Origin: an uncultured virus (IMG/VR IMGVR_UViG_3300035670_000104)
Taxonomy: Duplodnaviria > Heunggongvirae > Uroviricota > Caudoviricetes
Strand: one strand, 5' to 3'
Length of the DNA stretch: 30,643 bases
IMG/VR virus record: IMGVR_UViG_3300035670_000104
Part shown: positions 1-10,190 of the stretch, one piece after another
Numbering within the stretch: position 1 is the stretch's first letter
Layout of the letters: the number at the start of each line of letters is the position of its first letter
Position numbers and translations under genes: made by a program
The notes under the pieces: generated by a model
What the model saw: only the letters and a program-made list of their open reading frames with translations
What the model was told of the DNA's origin: nothing
Database searches by the model: none

Positions 1-1208
1 ACATTGCCGCTGGAGCGAATTGCGGGCGTCCCGCCTGCGGCACCGAAGTTTACCCAGGCACGGCATGCATACACTGGCGCAGTACCTGTAGCATTAAAAG
101 CTTGCCGGATTCCTAGAGGATCAACCGCTTTGTTCTGAACAATACCCGCTGCATTTTCGGAAGGACTGGAAAAAACAAACGAAGATGTTATAGCAGTTTG
201 TACAAATGCTGTTGTGGCGATTCGCTCAGATGAGTCGCCTGAGTTTGCGGTCGGTGCATTCGGAGTTCCACTAAGTACAGGACTGTCTGAAAGAACTACA
301 CTTCCTGTTCCCGAAGATGAAGTCGTCCCTGTACCACCCCTCGCCACTGAAAGAGTTCCAGTTGTGGTCGAGTTAATATCTTGTGTTCCGGTGTGGTTTG
401 ACCTGTTAAGCAGGTAAGCCTCAGACTGATTCGTGTCTAGCGTCCAAGCTGCACCATTGAAGGTTTCTTTTTGTTTGGTCGTAGAGTTCCAACGTGTGTA
501 CCCCTCTTGAGGGGACACATCTCTTTGACCTGTTGTACCAGAAGGGAGAATAAGACTCCCCGTGGCAGAAGTTTTCAGTACAGCGTTATTTAGTGCAGAG
601 ACAGGGACAGTACCAGAACTGATTGAGGATGCGTTCAGACCTGCTATATTAAGGGTGGCATTACCACTGCCGTCAAACGAGGTGCTCCCTGAAGCACCCC
701 CAGACAAGGTCAGGGTGATGCTATTTGTCCACTTGTCCGCAGCAGGGGCATTACCTGTAACAGACTTTAGAACAATTGAGTCTGCTGAGATTGTTGCAGC
801 CGTTCCAAGACCGAGATTTGTTCTAGCATCTGTTGCTGTGGTTGCCCCGGTGCCGCCAGAAGAGATTGGCACTGTACCGTTGGGGGCAATAGTGACAGTC
901 AGTTTTCTCCACGTAACTGTGTCTGTTGGCACAACACCTGTATTGTTTACAATTGAGATGTACAGGTTACTAGAATATGAGACAATCGACTTGTTTGCTA
1001 TGTACTCTTGAGCACTATCCCACTCGGGAACGCCTTTTTGTAGAAGATACGCAATTGAGGTATCATTTCTATTTTGCAGAAAATTCTCATACTGGTAGGG
1101 CATAAGCTCTTGAACCCAACCTGAAGAAATCTTGGCCGATCCAGGGGAGAAAAATTCTCCAGAGCTTGCCCAAATTTCGTTATAAACTGGTCTAATAATA
1201 TCAGCCAT
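1..1208 (-). CDS. Tail fibre protein (partial, runs off the window's left edge)
   Basis: Manual translation from ATG at 1208 (upstream AAGGA): MADIIRPVITKIWASSG...ENFLQNRNDTSIAYLLQKGVPEWDSAQEY..., then G/T/S-rich fibre repeats (GGTGATTATDARTNLGLG; LSVARGGTG; PTANSGDSSERIATTAFV). Open to position 1 and directly downstream of the baseplate genes. Absent from the ORF track because it has no stop in the window. Confidence 0.88.
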   Translation of the reverse strand, partial: MADIIRPVYNEIWASSGEFFSPGSAKISSGWVQELMPYQYENFLQNRNDTSIAYLLQKGVPEWDSAQEYIANKSIVSYSSNLYISIVNNTGVVPTDTVTWRKLTVTIAPNGTVPISSGGTGATTATDARTNLGLGTAATISADSIVLKSVTGNAPAADKWTNSITLTLSGGASGSTSFDGSGNATLNIAGLNASSISSGTVPVSALNNAVLKTSATGSLILPSGTTGQRDVSPQEGYTRWNSTTKQKETFNGAAWTLDTNQSEAYLLNRSNHTGTQDINSTTTGTLSVARGGTGTTSSSGTGSVVLSDSPVLSGTPNAPTANSGDSSERIATTAFVQTAITSSFVFSSPSENAAGIVQNKAVDPLGIRQAFNATGTAPVYACRAWVNFGAAGGTPAIRSSGN

Positions 1209-1222
1209 TTAAATCCTTGTCC

Positions 1223-1963
1223 TTAAAAATAGGCGTTAGCAAAAATACCGCCATTAAACGGGAACGATAAACTCACCATGCCTTTTGCGCCAGGAGTGCC
1301 TAAGAACCCCAGTGTTCCTACTGAATCAAACTCCCCATATCCCATACCAACCCCAACGGGTTTTGGGTGATATGTGAATTGATAATTAACACCGTCAAAC
1401 ACATAAGCCATTAAGGCTTGTTCAAATAAGGTTAGTCTACGTCCAACAAGTACAGTAGAACTCCCAGAGTGATCGTTGGAAAAAGTTATTTTCGTGTCAA
1501 AAACAAAATTACCAAATCGTATGTAATCTTCGTTTGTCCCTCGTGAGTTGTTTTTGATAATCCGCGCCTTAATGATAAGTCTATATTGCTCATCATTAAG
1601 TGTTACATCTCCTCCGATTTTACCGCCATAGGAATACCAATAACCACCGACCTGATTGTTGTAATAAGTGCCAAAGCTATTAGCAACAAGATCACCCATA
1701 AATCCGAAGAAAGGATAAAGATCAGCATTAACTAGAATTCTTGGTTGACCAACAATTTCACCAATAATGTCCAACTGATTGCCCGTTGCACTATCAATGT
1801 CTCTCTTCTGCATTAAGTCTTGATTTACTGACATAGACTCTTGTATAGCACCGAGCAACAAATCAAGATATTTTTTGAAAACAGGTTTGTCTTCAAATTG
1901 GGTCGTTATTAGGTCACGAGACTCCGCCACAAAATCATTATATTCAAAAGGTATTAATGCCAT
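1223..1963 (-). CDS. Baseplate wedge protein (DUF2612-like)
   Basis: Motifs DIDSATGNQLDIIGEIVGQPR and LNDEQYRLIIKARIIKN; lies between the baseplate J gene and the tail fibre. Confidence 0.8.
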   Translation of the reverse strand: MALIPFEYNDFVAESRDLITTQFEDKPVFKKYLDLLLGAIQESMSVNQDLMQKRDIDSATGNQLDIIGEIVGQPRILVNADLYPFFGFMGDLVANSFGTYYNNQVGGYWYSYGGKIGGDVTLNDEQYRLIIKARIIKNNSRGTNEDYIRFGNFVFDTKITFSNDHSGSSTVLVGRRLTLFEQALMAYVFDGVNYQFTYHPKPVGVGMGYGEFDSVGTLGFLGTPGAKGMVSLSFPFNGGIFANAYF

Positions 1964-1975
1964 CGTCTATCCTTT

Positions 1976-3424
1976 TTAAATAACGGTTATATCAATATTT
2001 TCTGGCAGACCGACAGGGAATTCATCCCATCCGAGTACAATGTTTGTCGTTCCTAGCGTCAAAACACTCGTCCCGATCTCTAAAACATTGACCTGATGCC
2101 CTGACACAGAATTAATGGGTGTAAAGAATCTTGTGTAAATAAGTTCTTGACCAAAGTTTGCATTGTCATTGATGTAATCTACAACCGCTTGTCTAATGTC
2201 ATCAACCCCGTTGGTTGGAAATGTATTACCAACTTTCTCCACTGTAATTTTTACATAGATGGGAACTTCTGTGGGTCTACTAAACTTTACAGTTCTTTCA
2301 AGATTTTGCGAATCCCTAACAACAACAGAAGTGTTCCCGTCAGAAGCAATGCCAAGTGGCTTGTTATTCCAAATAATCTCTCCTATGTTTGTATCAGCAC
2401 CACCTTTAACAATAGCCCTGAAACTATGAGGAGGAAGTCCTTTTGAGTCTGTCACGTTTGTCGTATTTTCATACACTCTAGCAAAATCAACATCTTCTAA
2501 GTCGATAAGTTGTGCATAAATAGCTTCAGCCAGATTATTAGCTCTGACAGCTTTAGTGAGCCTAAATCTTTCCCTTAGTTGTTCATCTGACTCGTCCAGT
2601 GTTCCAGGCTCTGCCGTAACCTCGTTTATCACAGAAATCCATCCAAACACTGGGGTGAGGATTGTTGTAACTGTTCCAACCGGGGCTGAGATGTCTCCAT
2701 CTTCCTCGCTCTGAAAAGATAGACGTTTCTTTACCTCCATAATAGAGCAATTGGTCAGTGATGGCACAGATACAAAAGAGTAATAGTCTTTCAGTTGAAA
2801 ATAAAGTTTGCCGCCTTCTATCCACACCTCACTTCGTTGCAACATTAATGCGTTGAATTGTGATTCCAAGTCTAGAAGAATATCTTGGATAGTCTCTCCC
2901 GCCAAGACGGTGTGAGATAGGGTGTAAATACCCTCCTCAACAATAAACGTGAACTCTACATTACTACCTTCTAGAATTGAAGTTGGTAGGACGGTGAATC
3001 CAATAAAATCATTTGTATTGAAAGTCAAAGAACTTGTACTAACAAATCTATCTGGAGCTGTTCCTCTGATTACTTGCCCCACAGGTAGCACTGTCCCAAG
3101 TTGTCCCCACACGGAAGCTCTGATTACAGTCTTACTGCCCGTTTGCCTTGTAATACCAAGGTACTGAACAATGTTGTCCAGGGCAATCCCGGTAGCACTA
3201 TTCGGGTCAAAAGCTTGATACACTTGTTGTTGTGCCTGCCACACTTCATCTAGGGCAGGTGCGAGCAACCCAATTAGTCTGCCAATAGTGGACAGGTCAC
3301 TTGTATCTACTTCTTCCCCTGGTTGAACTAAGTCTTGAAATATTGGCTTGGCTTGTTCTTGCAATCCTGCTACAATCTCATCAAACGTTTTACGTACAAA
3401 TCCTGCGCTTGTTACTCCGGCCAT
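1976..3424 (-). CDS. Baseplate J-like wedge protein
   Basis: 482 aa; motifs FDPNSATGIALD, ESDEQLRERF and GLPPHS are typical of baseplate J/gp47 proteins; synteny. Confidence 0.9.
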   Translation of the reverse strand: MAGVTSAGFVRKTFDEIVAGLQEQAKPIFQDLVQPGEEVDTSDLSTIGRLIGLLAPALDEVWQAQQQVYQAFDPNSATGIALDNIVQYLGITRQTGSKTVIRASVWGQLGTVLPVGQVIRGTAPDRFVSTSSLTFNTNDFIGFTVLPTSILEGSNVEFTFIVEEGIYTLSHTVLAGETIQDILLDLESQFNALMLQRSEVWIEGGKLYFQLKDYYSFVSVPSLTNCSIMEVKKRLSFQSEEDGDISAPVGTVTTILTPVFGWISVINEVTAEPGTLDESDEQLRERFRLTKAVRANNLAEAIYAQLIDLEDVDFARVYENTTNVTDSKGLPPHSFRAIVKGGADTNIGEIIWNNKPLGIASDGNTSVVVRDSQNLERTVKFSRPTEVPIYVKITVEKVGNTFPTNGVDDIRQAVVDYINDNANFGQELIYTRFFTPINSVSGHQVNVLEIGTSVLTLGTTNIVLGWDEFPVGLPENIDITVI

Positions 3425-3805
3425 TTAAACTACTCCAATTGTTTGTACTTCCGAAAACGTATCTCCAGAGGTTGTTCTAATTTTCATTCTTACTTCGTAG
3501 GTTCTATCAATACTTTGTGTAGAGGTGAATTCAAGAATGTCTGCTACACCAGGAACTTCCAAAATCTTTTGTTGTAGAATACGATCTACTACTTCCTTTT
3601 TGACTTTAAAGCCGAGGATTCTGGACAGATATGGAACACCTGTGGATTCATTCAAATACCACTCTGTTTCAAATGTTCGCAGCATAACAAACACTCTTTG
3701 AGCGACAGCATCTACAAATTCTGAGGTTATCGGAGTTAACCCATTTACAAAGATCATGTCCCCATATCCAGAAGTATCTTTAACTCTATTAACTAGCAAA
3801 TCCAT
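3425..3805 (-). CDS. Baseplate wedge / sheath-initiator protein (gp25-like)
   Basis: 126 aa, AVAQRV..LRTFETEWYLN..GVPY motif; sits between the spike and baseplate J genes. Confidence 0.72.
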   Translation of the reverse strand: MDLLVNRVKDTSGYGDMIFVNGLTPITSEFVDAVAQRVFVMLRTFETEWYLNESTGVPYLSRILGFKVKKEVVDRILQQKILEVPGVADILEFTSTQSIDRTYEVRMKIRTTSGDTFSEVQTIGVV

Positions 3806-3813
3806 AATACTCC

Positions 3814-4620
3814 TTAAGCTACTGGATTAGAAACTCTATTACCATCACCCTGTTCAATGTGTCCGTGCGATTCCACTGCGATGCCGTTGAGGATAAAACT
3901 TCCATTCATGTTATACGTACCTGTACTTACGGCACTACCTGTTGCATTCAACGAATAATTTGTTGTACCAACAGAATAACTCGTAGAGGATACTGTATAG
4001 GTTGAACAATTCACTCTGTAATCTTGTGTGTTAACTGTCATACTATCTGAAGCATTTACTTCTGCGTCTTTACAGTTAATCGTAGCACTTCCACTTTTTG
4101 CATTAATAACAATGTCTCCACTTTGTTTCAAAACAATTTCAACAGGGTTGGAGCCTTTTCTGTTATAAACTACTGTATCTCCTACAGCGTAATCACTACC
4201 TTGCTTTGTCTCTCGTGCCATAGACAGTGACGAAGGGAAAATACATGGAATAGCAATGCAGTCTTTTCTATCAAACTTTCTAAAGTCTGTGGGGCCAGTA
4301 GGACTCCCAGAGCCATATTTCCATGTGTCGATGCCTTTTTGAGAGAAAACCAGTAATACAGTGTCGCCCACATTCACAGGAAAGATCATCCCCGCAACAG
4401 AGGAGGCAGGCTGTTGCATTGGGACATTGAGGATTGAACTTTGTGCAATAATTTCTCCATCACGAGTTAGGATAGAGATGGCAGGCTGTACATCGAGCAT
4501 TAGGTTTCTACCACTCTCTTTTACAGCAAGGACAACTGCTGGGATTGCTGTGTTTACAGTGTCTAGTTTGTAATCAATAAATTGGGTGATTAACTCTCCC
4601 AGTCCAATCTCTTCTTCCAT
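3814..4620 (-). CDS. Baseplate central spike (Gp138/gpV-like)
   Basis: N-terminal OB-fold-type segment (PVNVGDTVLLVFSQ), S/T-rich beta-helix repeats, and a C-terminal HxH metal-binding tip (ESHGHIEQGDG). Confidence 0.82.
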   Translation of the reverse strand: MEEEIGLGELITQFIDYKLDTVNTAIPAVVLAVKESGRNLMLDVQPAISILTRDGEIIAQSSILNVPMQQPASSVAGMIFPVNVGDTVLLVFSQKGIDTWKYGSGSPTGPTDFRKFDRKDCIAIPCIFPSSLSMARETKQGSDYAVGDTVVYNRKGSNPVEIVLKQSGDIVINAKSGSATINCKDAEVNASDSMTVNTQDYRVNCSTYTVSSTSYSVGTTNYSLNATGSAVSTGTYNMNGSFILNGIAVESHGHIEQGDGNRVSNPVA

Positions 4621-4627
4621 TAATTCC

Positions 4628-5536
4628 TCACAATTTCAACATAGTCCCGCACACTAATTCTGTACACCAATCATTGCCAAAATACTCACCATTGTGTGTT
4701 AAACGCTCAATCTTGTAATAACCCGTCTTATCCCCGTACTCAATATAGATGATTGAGCCTGCTACTAATGCTGGGTTCAGAAGTATCTTCAGTTTTACAC
4801 CGTTTCTAGCAGCACGAAGTTTATCTTTCTTACCTCGTTGCTTTTCAATTTGGTCAAAATAGGGTCGGTCAATTAATCCGCTAGTCTCAGAGATTTTGAA
4901 TGCCTTGTTCTTGTCTTGCATGTAAGACATTCCAGCATCTTGGATGTACATAATCCCATCATCAATTTGCCACTCCAGTTGAAAAGCCTCCCCAAGATCG
5001 TTTAAAATCTGTCTTGGAGTTCCAGTCATCGGATAACCATCAACAAAAGCTTTGGAGATATTGATGCCAGAGAAAACAACTCTACTAATCCCGTCCATCT
5101 CTTTGACAAGGTTTTCAATAACACCTTTAACAGTTACTCCTGTAGGAGCAGTCTTGCTTACGATCTTGTGATTAAGCTCTGTGTAGAACGTATCAATCTG
5201 AAGCTCTGTAATTGTGTCTGTGCCTTGCTTCTCTGTTCCGGCTACTGTAACTTGACCTGAAAAGAGTCTGTACATCCCTGTCCCCAAATACCCAACAGAG
5301 AGGACACACTCTACGAAGGGGGCTTCAACGTATTTCTGGTGTTCTGGAGATAGGTTATAAATCCTAACAGTAGCTTTGTTTGTTTTTCGCTTATTATCAC
5401 TACCCTTACTCACTTTAAAGGTAATGTGCAATTCGTTTATCTCAATCCCAGAACCTTTACCTTGACCAACCTTCAAAGAATACTGACGATTTACTTGATA
5501 AACAGATTTGTCTTGATTCTGTGATTGGGTTGCCAT
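4628..5536 (-). CDS. Baseplate hub protein
   Basis: 302 aa; NKATVRIYNLS, LSVGY and LLNPAL motifs; immediately upstream of the spike gene. Confidence 0.72.
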   Translation of the reverse strand: MATQSQNQDKSVYQVNRQYSLKVGQGKGSGIEINELHITFKVSKGSDNKRKTNKATVRIYNLSPEHQKYVEAPFVECVLSVGYLGTGMYRLFSGQVTVAGTEKQGTDTITELQIDTFYTELNHKIVSKTAPTGVTVKGVIENLVKEMDGISRVVFSGINISKAFVDGYPMTGTPRQILNDLGEAFQLEWQIDDGIMYIQDAGMSYMQDKNKAFKISETSGLIDRPYFDQIEKQRGKKDKLRAARNGVKLKILLNPALVAGSIIYIEYGDKTGYYKIERLTHNGEYFGNDWCTELVCGTMLKL

Positions 5537-5868
5537 TATTCTTCCTGTGTTGTGTATAAGTAATACAGATTAAAATACTTGTAAAGCAGGTCGGGATGTA
5601 AGAACGTTTCGTTGTCATCCAAAGAGATAGGTTCTAGCCAAAAGAATCCAGACAAAGAAGAAATCTTATCCAAGCCAGTAATCTTATAGGGTAATAGAGA
5701 TTCCCCTTGTAGAAGATTCTCACCTTCCTCTAGGGAAACATCCAAGCTCCAATTCTGTGTTCTGTCGCTATAACTAATCCGTAGAATATAGCTGACACCT
5801 TCTAACACAACAGTGTAGTCGTAGTTCCAACTATCAAACAGGGGAAGTTTAATCCAGTTATATTCCAT
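5536..5868 (-). CDS. Small baseplate/virion protein
   Basis: 110 aa ORF overlapping the hub start by 1 nt; conserved position in the baseplate module. Confidence 0.6.
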   Translation of the reverse strand: MEYNWIKLPLFDSWNYDYTVVLEGVSYILRISYSDRTQNWSLDVSLEEGENLLQGESLLPYKITGLDKISSLSGFFWLEPISLDDNETFLHPDLLYKYFNLYYLYTTQEE

Positions 5869-5877
5869 CTTGCTTCC

Positions 5878-6690
5878 TTATCTGTTTTGGTTTGCTATGA
5901 GCGACTGTCTGAAAGTCACAGCACTGTCTGATGACTTAGGCGCATTAGGGTCTGTACTCTTTTCTCCGACAGTGCAAACACCAGAAGCCGGGTCTTGTTT
6001 ACCTTGCGTTTCTTTAGATGCTACTTTCTTCTTTACAGACTTGGCCGCCTTTTTAGGCATATCTGTCTTATCAAGAGTTACGAGCCTAATCTTCTCCAGA
6101 CTAAAGGACATGTACAAGGCATCCCCAGAATCAACATTCTCTTGAATGCTTACGTCCGTGATAACAAGGTCTGTTTTAGCATTAACAAAATTTGTACCAT
6201 CCATCTCGTATAGAGTTGTGAAGGTCATTTTGTTACGCCACTTCTTATCTGCTTCGTTGTAATAGTTAGCTCTTAGGAGGTCTTCCAACATTGCCTCGAT
6301 TGTTGGAATGTTGGTTGGACTTTGTGAGCTTGTGACAACAGATGCCTCAGATTTGTCAAAAAACTGTGTTACAGCAGACGGCAGATACTGGAGTACAGAT
6401 TGTTGTCCAATTAGCTCAGGGGTGACAGGACGAGGACTTGCATTTGTCGGCTTATCCCCATCCACATCAATCAAATCTGACACACCTGTAATATCTACAT
6501 CGCTTACAACACCTTCAAAAGTAATTTTCTGGTTATTGCTTATGAAATGGTCGGAGATGTTAACACCACTATCCACAGGGAAGGAAGTAACCTTCCCCCC
6601 TAGTGTTTTTGTGTAAGCTGTGACAGCATCAAGATAAATGAACCCTTTAACTTGACTATCTTCATTTCCAATCTTTAATGCTATTGTCAT
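5878..6690 (-). CDS. Baseplate organiser / tail-tube initiator (Dit-like)
   Basis: VTSFPVDSGVNISDHFI motif typical of the gene that follows the tape measure in myoviruses. Confidence 0.68.
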   Translation of the reverse strand: MTIALKIGNEDSQVKGFIYLDAVTAYTKTLGGKVTSFPVDSGVNISDHFISNNQKITFEGVVSDVDITGVSDLIDVDGDKPTNASPRPVTPELIGQQSVLQYLPSAVTQFFDKSEASVVTSSQSPTNIPTIEAMLEDLLRANYYNEADKKWRNKMTFTTLYEMDGTNFVNAKTDLVITDVSIQENVDSGDALYMSFSLEKIRLVTLDKTDMPKKAAKSVKKKVASKETQGKQDPASGVCTVGEKSTDPNAPKSSDSAVTFRQSLIANQNR

Positions 6691-6708
6691 TAACTTCCTT
6701 TACATTAT

Positions 6709-9078
6709 TTAGCGTGAGCCAGAGATTGGGGCATTAACCACTTGTTTTGCAATCTCACTAGACAGTAGAACAGGGAAAGCGGCCTTAGCTCTTTCATCCA
6801 TCAATGCCGCAATCAATTCTTGATTACCTTGCACGTCCAGTCTAACATCGAGTTTACTTACTCTAGGTATTTCAGGATTTACATCCGATGGTCTAGTAGC
6901 CAATTCAGAAGGTGCTGTAGGAATCCAAGTCTTGTTGTTATACCCACCCTTCCCATTGCCAAACAAGGAGTAGTCGGTTCTGGTCGGGGATGTCACGCCT
7001 ACTTGGTCTGTAAAAACCCCAGCAGCAGAAGTTGTTGCACCAGTAACCCCACCAACTGCTTGCATAATACCCCCAGCAGCTTCTCTGCTTCTTTTCGATA
7101 AATCAGAGAATGGGTTTAGTAGGGCGTAACTCTCATACCATTTCTTCTCAGACAACCCTCTCGTTGCTTCGATGAATCTTGCAATCCCTGCCAAAACTAC
7201 GTTGACTTCCGCTAGAATTTCTTGCAGTCGTAATCCAAAGTTTTGAATCCTTGTTTTGAGGTCTGTCTCTTCACCAACACCGCCGAAAATTCGACTAATG
7301 TTCTCAAACATCTTAACGAATTCAACACGGAAGGCTTCAAGGTTGATACCAAAACCACTTACCCACTCGACAAAAGAATTTGTCTCTCCGGTCTTAGTAA
7401 ATTGGAAAAACTCGTAAACACCTAGTCTAAAAGTGTCAAGCCACCTTACCGCAGACTCGAAATAACCTCCGAGTGTGGCACCATTATCAACCCACCAAGT
7501 ACCCATTTTCTGCATCATTTGCCAGAAGAAAGCAACACCTTGTTCACCACCGCCAGATGAGAAATTCTTCCAGCCTTGATCAACCTGATTTCTAAATCTG
7601 TTTTGCTCTGCGATTGATGAAGTTCTAGCTTGCGAAAGTCCAGGAGCACTATCTCTTCTCATCAACTCTTCTAGGTATGGCAAGACTTTGGCGCTTTTTA
7701 CAGCCCCTTTCTTCATAGCATCTGCTAATTCAGTGATGGCTTTTTCACCCTTCAGTAAAGCATTCCCAGTTCTACCTAAAGACATTTGATACGCCTCTGC
7801 AAAGAGTTGCTTCATGCCAGAATAACCAACAGCTTCCGCCATCTGCTGATTTAATTCTTCCGACATAACTGTCCCTTTAGAAGCGATCTGACTTAACGCA
7901 TACATAGCACGGCCAGAAGATTCTTTATTGGCTCCGTGTGTGCTTCCGTATTGATTGAATGCCTCGAAAATACCCCTCGTTCTGCTAACCCCGAGTGCTG
8001 GAGCTGCTGCAGCCATAAAAGAAGTGTAAGGGTCAATCATTGTAGAATAAGCCATACCTTCGCGGTTAGCCATACTCATTAGCCAAGAAGACTCTGTGGC
8101 AGCATTACTTCCAAACCTTCCTGCTGTGGTGTTTAGAGCAATCTCTCTAGACTTTACTTGTTGAACGTTTTTGTTCACCATGTTGAATCCAAAGACAAGC
8201 GGGATAGCCGCCGTAGCAATCCTATAGAAAGCTCCTGTTACTGCACTTGCAGCGGTTGAAATCGCTTGAAATGGAAGGGTGATAACCTTACCCAATGTGC
8301 TCCAAATTCCTGTAAAAGCAGTACCAGCCATCGACATAATTCCACCAGCACCTAACCCCAGCGTACCCCCTACCGGGCCGCCAAATGCCAGACCTGCCAT
8401 ACCGGCTGCTCTTCCAAGAACACTTCCACCACCCAGCCGAGCTAGTCCACCTACACCGCCTTGGATAGCCATTCTAGACAAAGGGCTTGCTCCTACACCA
8501 CCTGTAGCTTTTCCTACGATAGCGTCTAGGTAGCGTCTATTTCCAGCAGACAGGCTAGACTTATCTGGCCTACCCATCAGGAATTCTTGTAGAGAGGGGT
8601 CACCTCTCCCTGTTAGAGAAGCTCTGCGTCTTGCTGATTCACTTCCATCCCCGCCCCTGTTGCTCACACCTCTAGAACTTACATTACCAACTCTAATGTT
8701 GATCGGGAGTCCTTGAAGTGCAGCAGCTACTTGAGCACGAACATTCTGCAAAGAAGCTCTAGTAACTATCGCTGAGATAGGAGCTTTGAATTGTGCTTTA
8801 GCTAGTGTCTCTCTTACACTCTTAGAAAATGCCGCAGGGTCGATTGTGACGTTTGCAAGTTTCAAAGGGGAGGACTTACCAACCCTGTTCATAACACCTT
8901 GAAGGTGCTTATGGAACTTAGCCTCATCTACAAAGAGGTTTACTTGTAATCCCTTCTTACCTGTAGACTTAGATAGCCTTGCTTCAATCTTGCGAAGATA
9001 GTCATCTACCTTCTTTAAATCTTTTTCGTCAGTACGGATTCCAACCGATGCCCAGTATTGACTTATGGGGCCTGCCAT
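6709..9078 (-). CDS. Tape measure protein
   Basis: 789 aa, A/G-rich and helical, with tape-measure motif ALSQIASKGTVMSEELNQQMAE; follows the chaperone pair. Confidence 0.9.
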   Translation of the reverse strand: MAGPISQYWASVGIRTDEKDLKKVDDYLRKIEARLSKSTGKKGLQVNLFVDEAKFHKHLQGVMNRVGKSSPLKLANVTIDPAAFSKSVRETLAKAQFKAPISAIVTRASLQNVRAQVAAALQGLPINIRVGNVSSRGVSNRGGDGSESARRRASLTGRGDPSLQEFLMGRPDKSSLSAGNRRYLDAIVGKATGGVGASPLSRMAIQGGVGGLARLGGGSVLGRAAGMAGLAFGGPVGGTLGLGAGGIMSMAGTAFTGIWSTLGKVITLPFQAISTAASAVTGAFYRIATAAIPLVFGFNMVNKNVQQVKSREIALNTTAGRFGSNAATESSWLMSMANREGMAYSTMIDPYTSFMAAAAPALGVSRTRGIFEAFNQYGSTHGANKESSGRAMYALSQIASKGTVMSEELNQQMAEAVGYSGMKQLFAEAYQMSLGRTGNALLKGEKAITELADAMKKGAVKSAKVLPYLEELMRRDSAPGLSQARTSSIAEQNRFRNQVDQGWKNFSSGGGEQGVAFFWQMMQKMGTWWVDNGATLGGYFESAVRWLDTFRLGVYEFFQFTKTGETNSFVEWVSGFGINLEAFRVEFVKMFENISRIFGGVGEETDLKTRIQNFGLRLQEILAEVNVVLAGIARFIEATRGLSEKKWYESYALLNPFSDLSKRSREAAGGIMQAVGGVTGATTSAAGVFTDQVGVTSPTRTDYSLFGNGKGGYNNKTWIPTAPSELATRPSDVNPEIPRVSKLDVRLDVQGNQELIAALMDERAKAAFPVLLSSEIAKQVVNAPISGSR

Positions 9079-9099
9079 ATCTACCTCACACTCTTATTA

Positions 9100-9402
9100 T
9101 CAACGCTTTCGCTGTTGTTGCTCTCGCATCTTGTTCTCATGCTCTTGTCGGGCTTCAAGCTCTCCTTGAGCTTTAATTGCTTCCCAAACATCTAGATATT
9201 CAAGGAATTCAACTGTTGTCTGATAGGGAATAGCTTCACCACCACCCTTCATCATGTGGTATATTAGGAGAGGGTCTTTGTTAGCAAAGAGCACCCTCAA
9301 GACTGTCATATCCCCTGAGAAGTCTCTCTCAATGTCTTGGTAGACCTTGGGGATTTTCTTGTCTGGCTCCGAAGGAGGACTTACTCTCCGGAACCTTCTA
9401 CG
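9100..9402 (-). CDS. Tail assembly chaperone C-terminal extension (gpT-like part, reached by -1 frameshift)
   Basis: The -1 frame from the slippery site at 9402-9408 is open (RRRFRRVSPPSEPDKKIPKVYQDIERDFSGD) and continues in frame into the 69-aa ORF at 9100-9309. Predicted fusion is about 195 aa. Confidence 0.85.
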   Translation of the reverse strand, partial: RRRFRRVSPPSEPDKKIPKVYQDIERDFSGDMTVLRVLFANKDPLLIYHMMKGGGEAIPYQTTVEFLEYLDVWEAIKAQGELEARQEHENKMREQQQRKR

Positions 9403-9408
9403 TTTCCC
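9365..9408 (-). promoter_or_regulatory. Programmed -1 ribosomal frameshift signal (G GGA AAC plus stimulatory stem-loop)
   Basis: Minus strand reads GAG GGA AAC (XXXYYYZ in the correct phase), a 6-nt spacer GTAGAA, then a 10-bp stem GGTTCCGGAG/CTTCGGAGCC. Confidence 0.85.
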
Positions 9409-9686
9409 TCTTCTCCGTCTGATTCTGGGAACAAGTTGTTATACTTCAAAATCTCAGCAAACAACTCCATCATCTCACGATACTTGCCACGGAAATGTGT
9501 ATCAAACTTAGCTTCCGTCATAGCCGTAGAACCAATACCGCACCCCTTCACAATAGTGTCCCGAATAGTCTCAGGAGTAAAACCATCACGTTCCAAGCTC
9601 TGCATGATACGCAGACCTGTGATGGTTGGGAACAGCTTCAAAACATAACCTGTGCCACCAATTTCTTTAACAACTACTTCGCTCAT
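9381..9686 (-). CDS. Tail assembly chaperone (gpG-like)
   Basis: 101 aa, SD GAGGA, between the tube genes and the tape measure, ending just after a slippery heptamer. Confidence 0.85.
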   Translation of the reverse strand: MSEVVVKEIGGTGYVLKLFPTITGLRIMQSLERDGFTPETIRDTIVKGCGIGSTAMTEAKFDTHFRGKYREMMELFAEILKYNNLFPESDGEEGNVEGSGE

Positions 9687-9707
9687 TTCAATTCCTCATT
9701 TATGTGT

Positions 9708-10181
9708 TTAACCAACAAAACTCTTCAGTCTTGAGATTCCATTTTCAACAATACCAACAGCAGCACTTCTAGCACACCCAATAAACACTTGAGATTCATC
9801 ACAACTCAATGTCCATGTGTTAGAGCCAATACTATTGGAGTAAGACAACTCTGGATACGCAGTAATATACGCAGTTGTCGTAGAGAAGAAGCTAGTACCT
9901 GTAGTCTCTTTTAAAGTGATCTCCAGTCTAACTGCCCCTGTTTCCAAATCTGCTTCAAGACATTTACTCAACACCTCATTCACTAGGGATGTTTGTGGAG
10001 TTTCAATTGTCAGTGTAGCAGAAGAGTCTTTAATTCTTGTTCTCGTATTCTTACCTCTGATGCCTCTAATTTGTCTAAAGGCAGGAGCATTACGAGAAAT
10101 CCTAATGTTGTTCCATCCTTGAATCTGTAGACCAGAAATAAGTAAAACAACGTTGGAGGGTACATAAGATAAAACTTCCAT
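9708..10181 (-). CDS. Tail tube-like protein, paralogue 3 (DUF3277-like)
   Basis: N-terminus Y-x-P-x-x-V (YVPSNVVLLI) and LTIETPQTSLVNEVLS are alignable by eye with the two upstream genes. Confidence 0.65.
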   Translation of the reverse strand: MEVLSYVPSNVVLLISGLQIQGWNNIRISRNAPAFRQIRGIRGKNTRTRIKDSSATLTIETPQTSLVNEVLSKCLEADLETGAVRLEITLKETTGTSFFSTTTAYITAYPELSYSNSIGSNTWTLSCDESQVFIGCARSAAVGIVENGISRLKSFVG

Positions 10182-10190
10182 AACCTCTCC

